From: an uncultured Planctomycetota bacterium
GTDB taxonomy: Bacteria > Planctomycetota > Planctomycetia > Gemmatales > Gemmataceae
NCBI GenBank assembly: GCA_963784995.1
Contig: CAWATZ010000006.1
Location: 328,853-392,852, forward strand
Direction: 5' to 3'
Length of the DNA stretch: 64,000 bases
Part shown: positions 41,401 through 50,890 of the stretch, in pieces
Numbering within the stretch: position 1 is the first letter of the stretch
Layout of the letters: every line of letters starts with the position of its first letter
Program-made: the position numbers and the translations under genes
Notes under the pieces: model-generated
What the model saw: only the letters and a program-made list of their open reading frames with translations
The model's database searches: none
Told to the model about the DNA's origin: nothing

Positions 41401-41866
41401 ACAGCTGCAAGCTGCTGCGCGAGTTGTCGCTGGAGAAGAGGTTGACGATCAGCAGCACGTTGGGTGACTTCTTCTTGACGGAGATACCACGCCGCTTGAC
41501 CAGGTCGGGCAGGATCGGCTCGGCCAGCGACTCGCGGTTTTGCACCAGCACCTGGGAGATATTAAGATCGGAGCCGGGCTGGAAGGTGACCGTTAGAGTG
41601 TAGTTGCCGTCGTTGGTGCATTGCGACGACATGTACATCATCCCTTCGACGCCGTTGACCTGCTGCTCGATTGGAGCGGCCACGGTGTCGGCCACGACCT
41701 GGGCGTTGGCGCCCGGGTAGGAGGCGGACACTTCGACCGTCGGCGGCGCGATCTCGGGATACTGAGCCACCGGCAGGGTGAACAGCGAGATGCCGCCGCC
41801 CAGCACGATCACGATCGATAGCACCGACGCGAAGATCGGCCGGTTGATGAAAAAGCGCGAAAACAT
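38411..41866 (-). CDS. RND (HAE1/AcrB-family) efflux transporter
   Basis: MFSRFFINRPIFASVLSIVIVLGG… with 12 TM segments and large periplasmic loops; full length. Confidence 0.9.
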   Translation of the reverse strand: MFSRFFINRPIFASVLSIVIVLGGGISLFTLPVAQYPEIAPPTVEVSASYPGANAQVVADTVAAPIEQQVNGVEGMMYMSSQCTNDGNYTLTVTFQPGSDLNISQVLVQNRESLAEPILPDLVKRRGISVKKKSPNVLLIVNLFSSDNSRSSLQLSNYATIQIRDELSRLPGVGDITYIGQRNYSMRLWLDPQKLSSYGLNAQDVINKVSEQNIQVAAGQIGQPPTPKGQVSQYIITTLGRLETPEQFERIMLRNDGNTLVYVKDVAKVAFDAQSYDQTCTMDGKPSVALSVYQLPGSNAMDVAERVKKRMRQLKEYFPPGYDYRVVYDTTPFIRESVWEVFETLFDAIVLVAVVVLVFLQNWRSTLIPLIAVPVAIVGTFAVMAAIGFSLNNLTLFGLVLAIGIVVDDAIVVVEAVEHHIEHGMSPREASLKAMEQVSGPVIAIGLVLAAVFVPCAFITGIVGQFFRQFAVTIAVSTLISAFNSLTLSPALSAILLRRRVKGIFEPMPWFVFPPLGAWLGHKIGRHWAGEALSALQLTGPEPILQLTTAQLDALRLWGPIVLGVLVATGIGVLLSKPVNFLLGWFFRGFDKGFDLSTTAYVRSVGGLLRVSAVVLLLYGGLLYLTWYGFQTTPTGFIPQQDKGFLLVNVQLPDAAALPRTQAVVKKIEELALNTRGVKHTVAIAGQSILLNANASNFGALYVMLEEFEDRPNLSADDIAAKLEEQFNDEVPNAIVNIFGAPPVEGLGTAGGFKIILQDTGDNTLAMLQKSADDVVHEGSNDAKLQGLFTSFRADTPWLELVIDRAQAKDRGVSIDDVRTTLEANLGAYYINDFNRFGRTWQVNVQALEKFRQSVEDIKHLRVRNDQGQFVPLSAFTQVKFVSGPVLVMRYNMYASAAIYADAGPGTSSGQAIDRLFDVANADLPQGMRTEWTELAYLQLATGNTATWVFLLAVVLVFLVLAAQYESWSLPLAVILVVPMCLLCAISGVVMARMDINIFTQIGFLVLVGLACKNAILIVEFAKAQRETGMPRKEATLSACQLRLRPIIMTSFAFILGVVPLMLSEGAGAEMRRTLGTAVFWGMLGVTIFGIFLTPVFYSVIQWFADRRLAMMGLDDGATDSYHPAPIQHHPEPGHHGPGDGRGNGYTEPPR

Positions 41867-41879
41867 TATTGGCTCTGCC

Positions 41880-43076
41880 TCACTTGCCTGTCTCGTTGTT
41901 TTGCTCGAATGTTGGCTCACCGTAGGACGGCTCTCCCGAGCCGTCCGGACGGCTCGGGAGAGCCGTCCTACGCGGCCCTTGGGGCTGAGTGAAACCCCAG
42001 CGCAGGATTACGACCAGCAGCGCCACGGCCACCGGCACGATGGCGGCTTTGAGTCCCGTCGTCCAAACGGAAGCCCAGCTGAACGGTGGGACGTCCTGGG
42101 CCACGACGTAATCAAGGCCGGGCGGGAAACGAGCCTTCAGCTGCTCCATCGACTTCTTGACGCGCTCAGACACCTCCCGGGGGTTGTCGCCGGGGATCTG
42201 GTAGATTTCCAGTCCTACCGCTGGTTTGCCGTCCACCGTGCAGTCCGGGTCGTTGGGCTGCTCGCGGGGTTCAATCCTGGCCACGTCCTTGAGACGCACC
42301 AGCTTGTCGCCGGCGTTGTGCAGGATGATGTCTCCAAATTGCTCAGGGCTCTCCAGCCGGCCTAGAGAGGTGATGACCAACTGCGGCGGCTTACCGTGTT
42401 CCATGGGCGGTGGGTCAATCGGCGCGGCCACCTGGACATTCTGTGCGTTGATCGCGTTGACGACGTCCAGGGCGCTGATACCGTTGGATAACAGTTTCTT
42501 CGGGTCCAACCACATCTGCAGGTGGTTGTCGCGCCGGCCAATGCAGATCACGTCGCCGACGCCGGGGACCCGGGACAGTTCATCGCGGACAAAGATCGTG
42601 GCGTAATGGCTCAGGAACACGACGTCGTGCTTGCCGTCGCTGGAGTAAAGCTTGACGAGCATCAGCGCCTTCGCCGATCTCTTCTTGACGGAGACGCCCT
42701 CGTACTGCACTTCTGCGGGAATCGTCGGCAGCGCCAGCGCGACGCGGTTCTGCACCAGCACCTGCGCCATGTCCAGGTCGGTCCCACGCCGAAAGGTGAT
42801 GATCAACTCGCAGTTGCCATCATCGGCGCATTTCGAGGTCAGGGACGCCATCCCCTCGACACCTTGGATCTCTCTTTTGAGTGGAGCGGCCACGGTGTCG
42901 GTCACGGTCTGGGCGTTCACTCCCGGATAGGATGCGGACACGACCACCGTTGGCGGGCCGGTTTGCGGGGACTGGATGACCGGCAGCGTAAACAGAGCGA
43001 CGCCGGCTCCCAGCACGATCCCAAGTGCCAGCACCGATGCGATGATCGGTCGATAGATGCTCAAGCGCGAAAACAT
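41880..43076 (-). pseudogene. Truncated RND transporter fragment (N-terminal ~345 aa only)
   Basis: MFSRLSIYRPIIASVLALGIVLG…; homology ends after the first periplasmic loop and TM2 (~aa 345), and the remaining ORF tail translates the palindrome. Confidence 0.7.
41922..41971. repeat. Perfect 25+25-bp palindrome (no loop) just upstream of the RND start
   Basis: gtaggacggctctcccgagccgtcc|ggacggctcgggagagccgtcctac. Confidence 0.6.
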
Positions 43077-43103
43077 TAGGTGTACCCCGCTTCATTCAGT
43101 CTG

Positions 43104-43181
43104 CCGAGCCGCGCACGCAGCGCAGCGGAGTAAGCGGCCCGCAGCAACCGCTTACTCCGCTGCGCTGCGTGCGCGGCTCGG
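43104..43181. repeat. Perfect 34-bp-stem palindrome with 10-nt loop, overlapping the RND 3' end
   Basis: ccgagccgcgcacgcagcgcagcggagtaagcgg-cccgcagcaa-ccgcttactccgctgcgctgcgtgcgcggctcgg. Confidence 0.6.
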
Positions 43182-46100
43182 ACCCTTCGCAAAGGCGTCG
43201 TGCCTTGGTCTTTTTTCCACGTGTGAGATGCCTTTGCCTCGGGGTCTTAACAGCTTCGGCAACCACGGCAGCCCCAGTGCCAGCGCTCCCAGCACCAGAA
43301 ACAGTATCCGGCTAAACTGCCGGGCCCGCACCGAGGAGAACAGCGGTATCTCAACAAAGCCTTCGATGACGTAGAAGAACACCGGCGTCAGGAAGATGCC
43401 GAACAGGGTCACGCCCAGCATGCCGCTGAACACCGCCGTGCCCAGCGAGCGCCGCATCTCCGAGCCGGCTCCGATGGACACCAGCAGCGGCACCACGCCC
43501 AGGATAAAGGCGAACGACGTCATCAGGATCGGCCGCAAGCGCAGCCGGCACGCCTCCAGGGTGGACAGGTCGCGCGCCAGACCATCCTCGCGCTTGTGCT
43601 TGGCGAACTCCACGATCAGGATGGCGTTCTTGCTGGCCAATCCCACCAGCACCACGAAGCCAATCTGCGTGAAGATGTTGATGTCCGTCCCGGTCACGGC
43701 CACGCCGGTCAGCGAGCCGAGGATGCACATGGGCACCACCAGGATCACCGCCAGCGGCAGCGCCCAGCTCTCGTACTGCGCCGCCAGCACCAGGAACACG
43801 AACACCACCGCCAGCGGGAAGATCAGGCTGTTCCAGACGTTTTTCGCGGCGTCGATCTGAATGTAATTGATCTCGGTCCACTCAAAGCCCATCGACTGCG
43901 GTAGGGTGTCGTTACAGAGTGCCTCCATGGTGTCGATGCCCACGCCCGAGGACACGTCGCTGCGGCAGCTGCCGACAATGGCGGCGGCCGGATACATGTT
44001 GTAGCGTGCCACCAGGATCGGACCGCCGACCTCCTTGATGGTCATGAGCGAGCCCAGCGGCACCATGCTGCCCTTGTTGTTCCGCACCTTGATCAGACGG
44101 ACCTTGTCGGGATTGTCGCGGTAAGGCCCCTGCGCCTGGACGACCACTTGCCAGGTCCGGCCGAACTTGTTGAAGTCGTTGACGTACAGCGAGCCGAGGT
44201 AAATCTGCAAGGTGCTGAACACGTCGCGCGGATTGACGCCCATTGTCTGGCACTGGTCGCGATCCACGTCCACGTACAGCTGCGGCGCGTTGGCCCGGAA
44301 GACCGTGAAGGCACTGGCGATCTTGTCGTTCTTGCGAGCGGCGTTGATGACCTCGTCGGTCTGTTTTTGCAGCTCGGCCAGGCTGTTGTCGCCGCGGTCC
44401 TCGATGATCAGCTTGTAGCCGCCCGCCGAGCCCAGCCCCGAGACCGGCGGCGGTCCAAAGATCGAGATGATCGCCTCGGGAATCTCCTCGCTCAGTCGGG
44501 CCCGCAGCCGATCGGCGATGGCGTTGCTGGACAGACTGTGAGCGACCCCGTTTTCATCGACGTAAGGGTAACGGCGCTCCTCGAAGGATTTGAGGGTGAT
44601 GAACAGGTTGCCGAAGTTGGAACCGTTGGCGCTGAGCGTGAACGACGAGCCGGCAATGGAGATGGTGTGGGCCACGCCGGGCATCCGGCGAATGATTTCG
44701 CTGGCATGGTCCATCACCTTCTGGGTCCGCTCCAGCGAGGCGGCGTCGGGCAGCTGCACGGCGGCGAAAAGCCGGGACTGGTCCTGGTCCGGGATGTAAC
44801 CGACCGGCAGCCGGGTCGAGATCCACCAGGTCAACCCCATCAGGCCGCCGTACACCACCAGTACCAGGACACAGCCACGCAGGGCCAGGCCCACCAGTTG
44901 CGTGTAGCCCCCGACCGTCTGGCGGAAGCACCAGTTGAACAGGCGGAAGAACCAGCCCAGCAGCACGTCCAGCGCTCGGCCCAGTACGTCCTTGCGGGCG
45001 TTGCGAGGCTGGAGCAGGATGGCGGCCAGGGCGGGGCTCAGCGTCAGCGAGTTGAACGCCGAGATCACGGTCGAGACCGCAATCGTCAGGGCGAACTGGC
45101 GGAAGAACGAGCCGGTGATGCCGCTGATGAAGGCACAGGGCACAAACACCGCCGACAGCACCAGGGCCACCGCCACCACGGGGCCCGACACCTGCTCCAT
45201 CGCCTTGTGGGCGGCGGCCCGCGGCGACAGGCCATGCTCGATGTGATGCTCCACGGCCTCGACGACGACGATGGCGTCATCGACCACGATGCCGATGGCC
45301 AGCACCAGGCCGAACAGCGTCAGGTTGTTCAGACTGAAGCCAATGGCCGCCATCGCAGCGAACGTGCCCACGATGGCCACGGGGACAGCAGTCAGTGGGA
45401 TCAGGGTTGAGCGCCAGTTTTGCAGGAAGATCAGCACCACGATGGCCACCAGCACGACGGCCTCGATCAGAGTGCGGATGACCTCGTCAATCGACTCCTG
45501 AACGAACGGCGTGGTGTCAAAAACGATGGCGAAGTCCAGACCCTCGGGGAAATGTCTCTTCAGCTCCTCCATGCGGTTGCGCACGTTGCTGGCAGTGCTG
45601 ATGGCGTTGGCGTAGGGCAGCTGGAAGATGGCCAGGCCGGTGGACGGATACTGGTCCATCTTGATGGTGGTGTCCAGGTTGCGGCCGCTCATCTCGGTGA
45701 AGCCCACGTCCCGGAGGCGGACCGGCCGGCCATCGCTGGTGGTGCGCAGGACGATGTCGTTGAACTGCTCCGGATCGCTCAGCCGGCCCAGCGTGGTGAT
45801 GGTGAACTCGAAATGCTGGTCCGCCGACGTCGGCTGCTGACCGACGTGGCCGGCCGCCACCTGCCGGTTCTGCTCGCGGATGGCGGCAACCACGTCGGCG
45901 GCGGTCAGGTTCAGCTCCGCCAGCCGGTCGGGATCGACCCACAGGCGCATGCTGTAGTCCTGCTGGCCGAAGACGAACACGTCGCCGACGCCGGGAACCC
46001 GGGCCATCTCGTCCTTGAGTTTGATGGTGGCATAGTTACTGATGTAGAGCCGATCATAGCGCCCATCAGGCGAGTACAGGTTGACGACCAGGAGGATGTC

Positions 46101-46505
46101 GGGGTTACGTTTGCGCGTGGTGACGCCGGCCTGCTTGACCACGTCGGGCAGCAAGGGGAGAGCGAGGTTGACCCGGTTCTGCACCAGCACCTGGGCGAAG
46201 TTCAGATCGACGCCCGGCTTGAAGGTGACGCTGAGGCTGTAGGAGCCATCGTTGGCCGAGCTGGAGGACATGTACAGCATGTTCTCGACGCCGTTGACCT
46301 GCTGCTCGATGGGAGCGGCCACGGACTCGGCCACGACCCTGGCGTTGGCGCCCGGGTAATTGCACTGCACCATGATCATGGGCGGCGTGATCTGCGGATA
46401 CTGGGCCAGCGGCAGGTGGAACACGGCCACGGCACCCGTCAGAGTAATGACGATGGACAGCACGGAGGCGAAGATTGGCCGTTCGATGAAGAAGTGCGAG
46501 AACAT
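43152..46505 (-). CDS. RND (HAE1/AcrB-family) efflux transporter, paralog
   Basis: MFSHFFIERPIFASVLSIVITLTGAVAVF…; full length; the C-terminal tail may be extended through the palindrome. Confidence 0.9.
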   Translation of the reverse strand: MFSHFFIERPIFASVLSIVITLTGAVAVFHLPLAQYPQITPPMIMVQCNYPGANARVVAESVAAPIEQQVNGVENMLYMSSSSANDGSYSLSVTFKPGVDLNFAQVLVQNRVNLALPLLPDVVKQAGVTTRKRNPDILLVVNLYSPDGRYDRLYISNYATIKLKDEMARVPGVGDVFVFGQQDYSMRLWVDPDRLAELNLTAADVVAAIREQNRQVAAGHVGQQPTSADQHFEFTITTLGRLSDPEQFNDIVLRTTSDGRPVRLRDVGFTEMSGRNLDTTIKMDQYPSTGLAIFQLPYANAISTASNVRNRMEELKRHFPEGLDFAIVFDTTPFVQESIDEVIRTLIEAVVLVAIVVLIFLQNWRSTLIPLTAVPVAIVGTFAAMAAIGFSLNNLTLFGLVLAIGIVVDDAIVVVEAVEHHIEHGLSPRAAAHKAMEQVSGPVVAVALVLSAVFVPCAFISGITGSFFRQFALTIAVSTVISAFNSLTLSPALAAILLQPRNARKDVLGRALDVLLGWFFRLFNWCFRQTVGGYTQLVGLALRGCVLVLVVYGGLMGLTWWISTRLPVGYIPDQDQSRLFAAVQLPDAASLERTQKVMDHASEIIRRMPGVAHTISIAGSSFTLSANGSNFGNLFITLKSFEERRYPYVDENGVAHSLSSNAIADRLRARLSEEIPEAIISIFGPPPVSGLGSAGGYKLIIEDRGDNSLAELQKQTDEVINAARKNDKIASAFTVFRANAPQLYVDVDRDQCQTMGVNPRDVFSTLQIYLGSLYVNDFNKFGRTWQVVVQAQGPYRDNPDKVRLIKVRNNKGSMVPLGSLMTIKEVGGPILVARYNMYPAAAIVGSCRSDVSSGVGIDTMEALCNDTLPQSMGFEWTEINYIQIDAAKNVWNSLIFPLAVVFVFLVLAAQYESWALPLAVILVVPMCILGSLTGVAVTGTDINIFTQIGFVVLVGLASKNAILIVEFAKHKREDGLARDLSTLEACRLRLRPILMTSFAFILGVVPLLVSIGAGSEMRRSLGTAVFSGMLGVTLFGIFLTPVFFYVIEGFVEIPLFSSVRARQFSRILFLVLGALALGLPWLPKLLRPRGKGISHVEKRPRHDAFAKGPSRARSAAE

Positions 46506-46531
46506 CGAGCCAACCTCCCCTTCCCATTTTC

Positions 46532-46622
46532 TCCCCTCACCCCGCCGGTTAGCCCGACGCGCCAGCGAGGGAACAACGGACTCCCTCGCTGGCGCTTCGG
46601 GCTAACCGGCGGGGTGAGGGGA
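46532..46622. repeat. 41-bp-stem palindrome (1 mismatch) with 9-nt loop between the MFP and RND genes
   Basis: tcccctcaccccgccggttagcccgacgcgccagcgaggga…tccctcgctggcgcttcgggctaaccggcggggtgagggga. Confidence 0.6.
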
Positions 46623-46630
46623 GAAACGAA

Positions 46631-47968
46631 TCACTCCGCGGTGGTTGGCTGCTTCCGGGCGTTGTCCTGCGGGCGGGAGGGGAACAGCTGTGTCAGGGGC
46701 GAGGTCGGCGGCTTGGCCGTAGGCTGCTGCTTGAACTTGACCTTCTGCTTGGCCCGCACTTGCTGCATGCCGGCCACGATCACCCGCTCTCCTCGGGCCA
46801 GGCCTTCCTTGATCACGCGCATGTGGCCGATGGCCTGGCCGAGCGTCACCTGGCGATACTCGACCTCACCGGAGCCGGTCTCCTTGCCGGTCTGCTCGTC
46901 GGCCTTGACGACCCAGACAAACTTCTTGCCCTGGTCGCTCTGCAGGGCCTCGTCGGGAATGAGCAAAGAACTGTAGGGGTTGCCGATCGGCAGGCGGATG
47001 CGGGCGAACAGGCCTGACTTGAGCTTGCCATCGGAGTTGTCAAAGACGCCACGCATGCGGATGGTGCCGGTGTTAGCGTTGATGCGGTTGTCCTTGAAGT
47101 TCACCTTGCCCTTGTGAGTAAACTCCTCCTCGTTGGCCAGGCGGATGACGATGGGGAACTCCAGGTCCTTGAACCAGGAACTCGACTCGGACACCCCGGC
47201 GACCTTCAGCAGTTCGAGGTACGTGCGCTCGTCCACGTCGAAATAAGCGTAGACGGGGTTCTCGGCGATGATGGTGGTCAGCAGCGTGCTGTCGGCGTTG
47301 ACCAGGTTGCCCGGATCGACGTTGCGCCGGCTGACCTGGCCATCGATGGGCGAGACGACCCGGGTATATCCGAGCATGATCGTCGCCTTTTCCCGGGTCG
47401 CCTTCTGTGCCGCGACCTGGGCAGTGGCCTTTTCCACGGTGGCGACGGCCACGTCGTATTCCTCCTGGGTGACGGCGCCGGTGGGCAATAGCCGCCGAGC
47501 CCGGGCGACGTTGCGCTCGGCGAGGTGGCGGTCCGCTTCAGCCAGCTTGACGTTGGCCTCCGCCTGGGCCAGATCGACCTCGAACGGCTTGGGTTCGATC
47601 TGGAACAGCAGGTCGCCCTTGTGAACGTCCTTACCTTCCTTCTTGGGATCGATCGCCCAGACGACGTAACCGGAAACCCGCGGCCGCAGATCGACTGTGT
47701 GGATGGCGTCCAGCCGGCCGGTGAAATCCTGGTAGTCCAGGACCGTGTCGGTGACCGGCTGAGTGACGACGACCGTGACCGCCTTTTTCTCCTTGGTGAC
47801 CGGCGCATGGCCGCAGCCGGAAACCAGCACCAGCAGCACGGTGAACCCAGCCGCCCCCAGCAGACGCCAGGTCCAACCGTGAACGCGGAACGGAATGCGT
47901 CTTCGCTCGGCACTCCCCGTTCCGAGTTTCGAGTTGGAACGGTGCCTGGAGAGAGATTCGTTCATCAA
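46631..47968 (-). CDS. RND efflux membrane fusion protein (periplasmic adaptor, HlyD/AcrA family), lipoprotein
   Basis: Lipobox LVSGC; coiled-coil and beta-barrel MFP architecture (QAEANVKLAEADRHLAER…). Confidence 0.85.
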   Translation of the reverse strand: MMNESLSRHRSNSKLGTGSAERRRIPFRVHGWTWRLLGAAGFTVLLVLVSGCGHAPVTKEKKAVTVVVTQPVTDTVLDYQDFTGRLDAIHTVDLRPRVSGYVVWAIDPKKEGKDVHKGDLLFQIEPKPFEVDLAQAEANVKLAEADRHLAERNVARARRLLPTGAVTQEEYDVAVATVEKATAQVAAQKATREKATIMLGYTRVVSPIDGQVSRRNVDPGNLVNADSTLLTTIIAENPVYAYFDVDERTYLELLKVAGVSESSSWFKDLEFPIVIRLANEEEFTHKGKVNFKDNRINANTGTIRMRGVFDNSDGKLKSGLFARIRLPIGNPYSSLLIPDEALQSDQGKKFVWVVKADEQTGKETGSGEVEYRQVTLGQAIGHMRVIKEGLARGERVIVAGMQQVRAKQKVKFKQQPTAKPPTSPLTQLFPSRPQDNARKQPTTAE

Positions 47969-47982
47969 TTGTTCTCCTCAAT

Positions 47983-48045
47983 CGCGTTGTGGCACGGTCA
48001 GGAGACCGTGCCACAACTCGGCACGGTCAGGAGACCGTGCCACAA
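47983..48045. repeat. Tandem REP-like hairpins (gttgtggcacggtc-agga-gaccgtgccacaac, ×1.7) upstream of the MFP gene
   Basis: 14-bp perfect stem; the same family appears at 49917-50000. Confidence 0.6.
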
Positions 48046-48196
48046 CGCGCCGGGTGTGTTGGCCCCGAGGCGGACTGACCGGTCAGTTCCATAATGGTTT
48101 TAGCGGAGCGGCGCAGGCTTGTCAATCAGAAAAGCTCCGAAAACGGAAGGAATCGAAAGATACGGAGAAACCCGTCCTGGTTTTCCCCGAACACTT

Positions 48197-49876
48197 TCAG
48201 CTCTTGCTGGCTTGCCGGGTCTGGCGGGCGTGGCGGAGCGCGACCAGGAGAAACAGGCTGACCAGGGCGCCCAGGGCGAGGGGGCCCCACTTCAGCCCAG
48301 AAGGCAGCAGCAGGGCCAGCACGAAGAACGCCATGCCGAACAGGTACATCCTGCCCCAGTAAACCCCCCCCAGCGAGAAGAAGGTGGCCCCGACCAGGAC
48401 CGCTCCCCAGGGGAAGACGGTCAGCGGGTCCCAGGGGCGGTCCGGCGGACGCATCTGGTAACTCAGGATCGCCAGAGTCACCATTCCCAGCAGCAGGCCG
48501 ACGCGAATGGACCAGAGATGGCGCGTCGTAGCGTTGAGCGGCACCCGGAAACCTTCGCCCGAGACGAGCAGGTAAATCAGGATCGCACTGGCCATGCTGG
48601 CCAGGGTCACCACCAGGGCAATCCAGCCATACCACGGGCTGCGGAACGCCAGCACCAGGATGGCCAACTGGAACAGGAAGGGAACCGGGATCAGCAGCTG
48701 CAGAGAGTCAAGCGACTTCAGGGAGACCGGCAACTCACGCGAACGGTTCAGCGTCCAGGCCAGCCGATCGATCAGGTTGGGCGAGCGGGCCCGGATTGGC
48801 TCACGCTCCAGGTAGCGCTCCAGGTCCTCTGCCAGGGCGGCGGCCGAGGCGTAGCGCTGCTCCGGCTCCTTTGCCAGGCACTTCAGGCAGATGGTCTGCA
48901 GATCGACGGGCAGCTCGGGATAATGCCTGCGCGGGGCCACGGGTGCTTCCGAGCGGACGCGCTCCAGCGTTTCCAGCAGGTTCGCACCCGCAAAGGGGGG
49001 CTGGCCGGTGAGACATTCGTACAGGATCGCTCCCAGTCCGTAAACGTCGGTTCGTGGCCCGATCTGGCGATTCCGCCCATCGGCCTGTTCCGGGGCCATG
49101 TAACTGGGCGTACCGAGGACGGAACCGGAGACGGTCAGGGCTGGTCCGGGAGAGCGGTTGCCTGACTGCGACAGCGAGCCATCGCCGGCCAGGAGCTTGG
49201 CCAGGCCAAAGTCGCCGATCCGTGGGGAGCCGTCACCGGCGAGCAGGACGTTGCTGGGTTTGAGGTCGCGGTGGATGACGTGCTGCTGATGGGCGAAGTG
49301 GATGGCCCGGGCCAGGGTGGCAACCAGGGCAGCGGCCTGGTCCGGAGGCAGCGGTCCGGAGTCGAGCCGGTCGGCCAGGCTGCCGCCATCGACGTACTCC
49401 AGCACCAGGTAAGGACAGCCCTGGGCCTCGCCAATCTCGAAGATGCGCACGATGTTGGGATGCTGCAGCCGGGCCACGGCCTCGGCCTCGACCCGGAACC
49501 GGCCGGTTTCCTCCCCCGCCGGCTCGACCCCGGCCAGGATCATCTTCACCGCCACCAGCCGTTTCAAGGACAGTTGCCGGGCCTTGTACACCTTGCCCAT
49601 GCCCCCACTCCCGAGCAGGCTCAGGACCTCGCAATCCGGCACCTGGGGCAAAGTGGGGCTGGGCAGGGGCGGCGGAACAGCTACCTGGAGGGTCTCGGTC
49701 CCACGGGGAGCGTTGGGGATGCGATACATCGCCTCCAGGGCCGCGATCCGCTGGCGGACCTCCTCGACCAGCTCCGGGTGATCGCCGCACAGCTCCTCCG
49801 GGGTCGCTTCCCGGCCTTGCTCGCGCAGCTCGTCCCAGCGCAGCAGGATGTCGCCGATCGGGTCGCTGGTTGCCAT
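48197..49876 (-). CDS. Membrane Ser/Thr protein kinase (N-terminal kinase, C-terminal ~6 TM helices)
   Basis: GSGGMGKVYKA, HRDLKPSNVLL, DFGLAKL, SYMAPE; hydrophobic C-terminal half. Confidence 0.85.
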   Translation of the reverse strand: MATSDPIGDILLRWDELREQGREATPEELCGDHPELVEEVRQRIAALEAMYRIPNAPRGTETLQVAVPPPLPSPTLPQVPDCEVLSLLGSGGMGKVYKARQLSLKRLVAVKMILAGVEPAGEETGRFRVEAEAVARLQHPNIVRIFEIGEAQGCPYLVLEYVDGGSLADRLDSGPLPPDQAAALVATLARAIHFAHQQHVIHRDLKPSNVLLAGDGSPRIGDFGLAKLLAGDGSLSQSGNRSPGPALTVSGSVLGTPSYMAPEQADGRNRQIGPRTDVYGLGAILYECLTGQPPFAGANLLETLERVRSEAPVAPRRHYPELPVDLQTICLKCLAKEPEQRYASAAALAEDLERYLEREPIRARSPNLIDRLAWTLNRSRELPVSLKSLDSLQLLIPVPFLFQLAILVLAFRSPWYGWIALVVTLASMASAILIYLLVSGEGFRVPLNATTRHLWSIRVGLLLGMVTLAILSYQMRPPDRPWDPLTVFPWGAVLVGATFFSLGGVYWGRMYLFGMAFFVLALLLPSGLKWGPLALGALVSLFLLVALRHARQTRQASKS

Positions 49877-50066
49877 GTGCTACTGTCCCGGGACTTCGCC
49901 GTGCATCGCCTCGCTGTGTGGCACGGTCAGGAGTCCGTGCCACAACTCGGGGGGGCCTGCGCTCGCTCGCTGTGGCACGGTCTCCTGACCGTGCCACACA
50001 ACTCGTGGTGCCTGCGGCTACAGGTGGTTGCTACTGTCCCGGCACTTCGCCGTGCATCGCCTCGTG
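49870..50066. repeat. Intergenic block: ~40-nt direct duplication of the sigma-factor 3' end (…EAMHGEVPGQ*) flanking two REP-like hairpins (tgtggcacgg…ccgtgccaca) and a G7 run
   Basis: 49877-49913 and 50030-50066 are near identical; hairpins at 49917-49947 and 49965-49999. Confidence 0.6.
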
Positions 50067-50777
50067 CAGTTTCAGGCACGCCGACTGCCAGCGGCGCTTG
50101 ATCGTCCGCGCACAGACACCGAGCAGTTCGCCTGCGTCGGTGTGCGACAGACCCTGATACCAGATCAGGTCAAAGACCTCGCGCTCCTCCTCGGGCAAGG
50201 CGCTGACCTGCTGGTGGAACTCCGTCCAGAGAGCGAGCCGGCCCGGGTCCAGCGAGGCGTCCGCGGGGCCGGCGGCCTGTCCAGTACCGAGTCCGCCGCC
50301 ATCGCTGTGCCGATGTTCCCCCTCGCCGTGGGGGCCAAAGTAGTGCCGGGCCAGGTCCAGCAGTTCGCGCCGGATCTCCAGGGCGGCCAGGCGATAGAAG
50401 TCACGCGGGGAGGGCGGCGTGACCGTCTGCAGGGCGCGATACAGGCGAAGCAGGGCATTCTGGAGAACGTCGGCCGTTTCCTCCCAGCGGCGCAGACGGG
50501 GATAATCCTTGAACATGACGTGGGCCAGGGAACGGAGCCGCTCGCCGGTGGCGTTGATCAGCTCCCGGCGGGCCTGCTCGTCACCCTGCTGCAGCCGAGC
50601 CAGCAGGTACTGCAGCCGGCCGGTCAGGCCCAAAATCGGTTCGGCGCTGTTTGGGGTCACGGTATCTCCCCTCGCGTGGTTCCCTGCCAGTATAGCCGGT
50701 CGCGCGAATGGCACCAGACGATTGCTACCGGACGGCGTGACCCATCCCACGCACGGCATCTTGAGCGCTTTCCTCAA
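50031..50777 (-). CDS. ECF-type sigma-70 factor (Planctomycetes STK-associated type)
   Basis: Region 2 (LQNALLRLYRAL) and region 4 (REVFDLIWYQGLSHTDAGELLGVCARTIKRRW). Confidence 0.8.
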   Translation of the reverse strand: MRKALKMPCVGWVTPSGSNRLVPFARPAILAGNHARGDTVTPNSAEPILGLTGRLQYLLARLQQGDEQARRELINATGERLRSLAHVMFKDYPRLRRWEETADVLQNALLRLYRALQTVTPPSPRDFYRLAALEIRRELLDLARHYFGPHGEGEHRHSDGGGLGTGQAAGPADASLDPGRLALWTEFHQQVSALPEEEREVFDLIWYQGLSHTDAGELLGVCARTIKRRWQSACLKLHEAMHGEVPGQ

Positions 50778-50890
50778 GCCTTTGTCCGGATCTGGCCGAT
50801 GGTAAGGATTGAGCCGATTGTTTGACCTTTTCTGACATTGACTTCTTCAGCTCGGGAATGCAGAGCCGATCAGCACAAAAGGAAATACGC

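Noticed and set aside
44148-46976. Plus-strand ORFs of 420 and 518 aa
   Set aside because: They are antisense to the RND transporter gene.
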